Source: Candidatus Heimdallarchaeota archaeon (GTDB lineage: Archaea > Asgardarchaeota > Heimdallarchaeia > Heimdallarchaeales > Heimdallarchaeaceae). From it: 49,631 nt of DNA. Below are positions 47,785 to 49,631 of this stretch, piece by piece. The notes under the pieces were generated by a model. It worked only from the letters and a program-made list of their open reading frames with translations, ran no database searches and was not told the origin of the DNA. Made by a program: the position numbers and the translations under genes. Every line of letters starts with the position of its first letter. The first letter of the stretch is position 1. The stretch is taken from contig DXJF01000019.1 of NCBI GenBank assembly GCA_019057375.1, positions 1-49,631 of the forward strand. The letters run 5' to 3'.

Positions 47785-48969
47785 CTATTGTTCATTCATG
47801 GAACTATATTCTTCAATGATGAAATTGGAAGCTTCATTAATCTCATCTTGCAGGACTCTTTCTCCATCTCTGTAATATTCTGATAGATCCCATTTCAAAG
47901 ACAGAATTTCCTTGAAACTTAAATCGGTAATGTCTTCTTCAGATATTCTTCTAAGTATTTCGTCCATAAAAGGATTTTCAGGATGCTGACTTTCTTCTCT
48001 TATACCTGGACAGGAAAAATCTACTTCGATAGTAAAATGATTATTATCTACCGTATGTATCATGAAAGGATAACTAAAACAGCTTAGAGGTTTACTTTCA
48101 TGGATTGTGCATCTCCCTTTTTTACCATCTTGAAAAACACAGACTCCTTCGTTTTGTCTTAGAGCAAGTTGGAAATCAATAATATCTCCTAATTTGTTCT
48201 TTAGATAAATTATAGGATAACAAAACTCTTCGATTCTTTTGTTAATTACAGAGGAAATCTCGATTCCTTCATCTAGAGAGAGAGAAGCTAAATTCGAAGG
48301 AAAACCTATCCTTTTCTCAGTAAATAATTCTTGGAAAGGTTGCTCATTTTTATTTGGTATAGGGTTAACTGAATAGTTACTAGGCAACTCACACATATTG
48401 CAAAACAAGCATGAAAAACCGATATTTGATGAGAACATAGATTCAAACAAAATATTATCATTTACTGTTTGTTCTCTTTTTAAAATATAATTTTCATCTT
48501 TGAAATTTAGGGAATTTTTCTCTAAAATCTCATGTAACTGATTGAGAATTTCGTCAATTGAAGTATCTCCAAATTGTGAAAACGTTCCTCGAAAAACTCT
48601 TTCGTTCCTTGGTTTCATTTTTTTTAAACTGTACAAATCATCCCAGATTATTGATTTTATTGTATCATCCTTTATTAAAACTATTAACTCAAGAGAAGAG
48701 TTTACTTTAACACCATCAATTCTTCGTATTATTACATCAACATCTATAGGAAGTGTTAGATCTTTCCAGTAAGTATCGATTAGATTTCTATCAGTTTTTT
48801 CTCCAAGTCCTACACTAATGCCAGTTTCCAATAACTTCTCATTGATTATTCTAAGAATATAAGGAGAGTAGTAGAAAGATTCTGGTTGCAGATTCTCTCC
48901 AATCATCAATTTTAGAAGATCTTCTTCAGCTTTTTGCTGTAATCCTTCATCAATGAGAAGTCTGGTCAT
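47785..48969 (-). CDS. YkgJ-family Cys-cluster (Zn/Fe-chelating) protein with a long N-terminal extension
   Basis: FSCLFCNMC, CVF...CTIHESKPLSCFSYPF and CPG motifs. Confidence 0.75.
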   Translation of the reverse strand: MTRLLIDEGLQQKAEEDLLKLMIGENLQPESFYYSPYILRIINEKLLETGISVGLGEKTDRNLIDTYWKDLTLPIDVDVIIRRIDGVKVNSSLELIVLIKDDTIKSIIWDDLYSLKKMKPRNERVFRGTFSQFGDTSIDEILNQLHEILEKNSLNFKDENYILKREQTVNDNILFESMFSSNIGFSCLFCNMCELPSNYSVNPIPNKNEQPFQELFTEKRIGFPSNLASLSLDEGIEISSVINKRIEEFCYPIIYLKNKLGDIIDFQLALRQNEGVCVFQDGKKGRCTIHESKPLSCFSYPFMIHTVDNNHFTIEVDFSCPGIREESQHPENPFMDEILRRISEEDITDLSFKEILSLKWDLSEYYRDGERVLQDEINEASNFIIEEYSSMNEQ

Positions 48970-49066
48970 AATTTCTAAAAACTAGAGTGATGTTCAAAAT
49001 AATAATTTTTCCTATAAAATTCATAAAAAAAGAGAAAGTGAGTTTCTCTCCTATTTGAATCTATTT

Positions 49067-49629
49067 CTATTTTTCTATTTTTTGATAACAATCTTGACAA
49101 TATATAGGTTTGTTAGTTTTTGGCTTGAAAGGTATCATTATCTCTTTATTGCATGTTCTACAAGTAGATGGATGCATCCTTTTGTTTGCTCTATATGGAC
49201 CTGGTCTATCACCAAATCTTTCTACAACTTCAACATCATTGTCTTGATTGTTATTAGTTACTTGTGCAGATTCAACTTCTAGCATTTGATTTTGAAAACA
49301 CTCTCGACAGAAAACAGGCTTAGTTCCTGTGGGCTTGAAAGGTACTTGAGTTTCTTTCTTACACTTAGCACAAGTTGCAGTATGAAGTTCAACGTTTCCT
49401 CTCTCTGATGATCTTCTATTTCTTTCTCCAGTTCTTGCTGAAGGCTTATTAGACGATCGATATTTTGATCTACTCCCAGAACGACTAGGAGATCTTCTTA
49501 CTTGTCTAGATCTATCTTGTGGTTTTTGATCCTGAAAACACTCTCGACAGTAAACAGGTTTTGTTCCTGTTGGTTTGAAAGGTACTTGAGTCTCTTTCTT
49601 ACACTTAGCACAAGTTGCGGTGTGAAGTT
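49067..49629 (-). CDS. Protein with at least three CxxC-x17-CxxC zinc ribbons; 5' end outside the window
   Basis: The frame of ORF 49067-49285 stays open to the window edge: ELHTATCAKCKKETQVPFKPTGTKPVYCREC - RS-rich linker - second copy - CRTC-x17-CQDC. Confidence 0.85.
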   Translation of the reverse strand, partial: LHTATCAKCKKETQVPFKPTGTKPVYCRECFQDQKPQDRSRQVRRSPSRSGSRSKYRSSNKPSARTGERNRRSSERGNVELHTATCAKCKKETQVPFKPTGTKPVFCRECFQNQMLEVESAQVTNNNQDNDVEVVERFGDRPGPYRANKRMHPSTCRTCNKEIMIPFKPKTNKPIYCQDCYQKIEK

Positions 49630-49631
49630 CA
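49295..49631. repeat. Intragenic direct repeat with a 240-bp period
   Basis: 49295-49391 vs 49535-49631 show 8 mismatches in 97 nt (counted by hand). The repeats encode the two zinc ribbons. Confidence 0.9.

Noticed and set aside
49295-49631. 240-bp-period repeat as a CRISPR or mobile element end
   Set aside because: The repeats are about 97 bp, in-frame and protein-coding, with mostly synonymous or conservative differences.
1-49631. tRNA, rRNA, CRISPR array, transposase, integrase or prophage genes
   Set aside because: No cloverleaf/T-loop context, GC-rich RNA island, repeat-spacer array or recombinase motif was seen by eye. tRNAscan or Infernal would be needed to exclude small RNAs.

Overview
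AT-rich, gene-dense archaeal-type chromosomal segment. It is most consistent with an Asgard archaeon (inference from a longin-like protein, a TPR plus longin-like protein, NosD-like anchored surface proteins, GGTGA/GAGTG-type Shine-Dalgarno motifs and oligo-T tracts). It opens inside a group 3b [NiFe] sulfhydrogenase operon (gamma, delta, alpha, protease). This is followed by an ECF transporter operon, a secreted (Cys-X)n peptide and a threonine-synthase-like/winged-helix fusion lacking the catalytic lysine. The rest is a mosaic of peptide, lipid and glycan catabolic genes (FadD, M1 and M28 peptidases, GH38, aminotransferase, ornithine cyclodeaminase family, acetamidase), membrane proteins, Zn-finger proteins and several gene relics. 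I saw no rRNA, tRNA, CRISPR array, transposase or integrase. The best candidate new system lies at about 3.4-8.5 kb: a fold-type-II PLP pseudoenzyme fused to a wHTH, next to an HmpT/PdxU2-like ECF importer whose promoter region carries a tandem palindromic site. This is a possible archaeal vitamin-B6-sensing regulator. Other highlights are a phytochelatin-like secreted peptide, a PARP-type zinc finger and a multi-zinc-ribbon protein with an Arg/Ser-rich linker. All family assignments come from motif recognition by eye, with no database searches.
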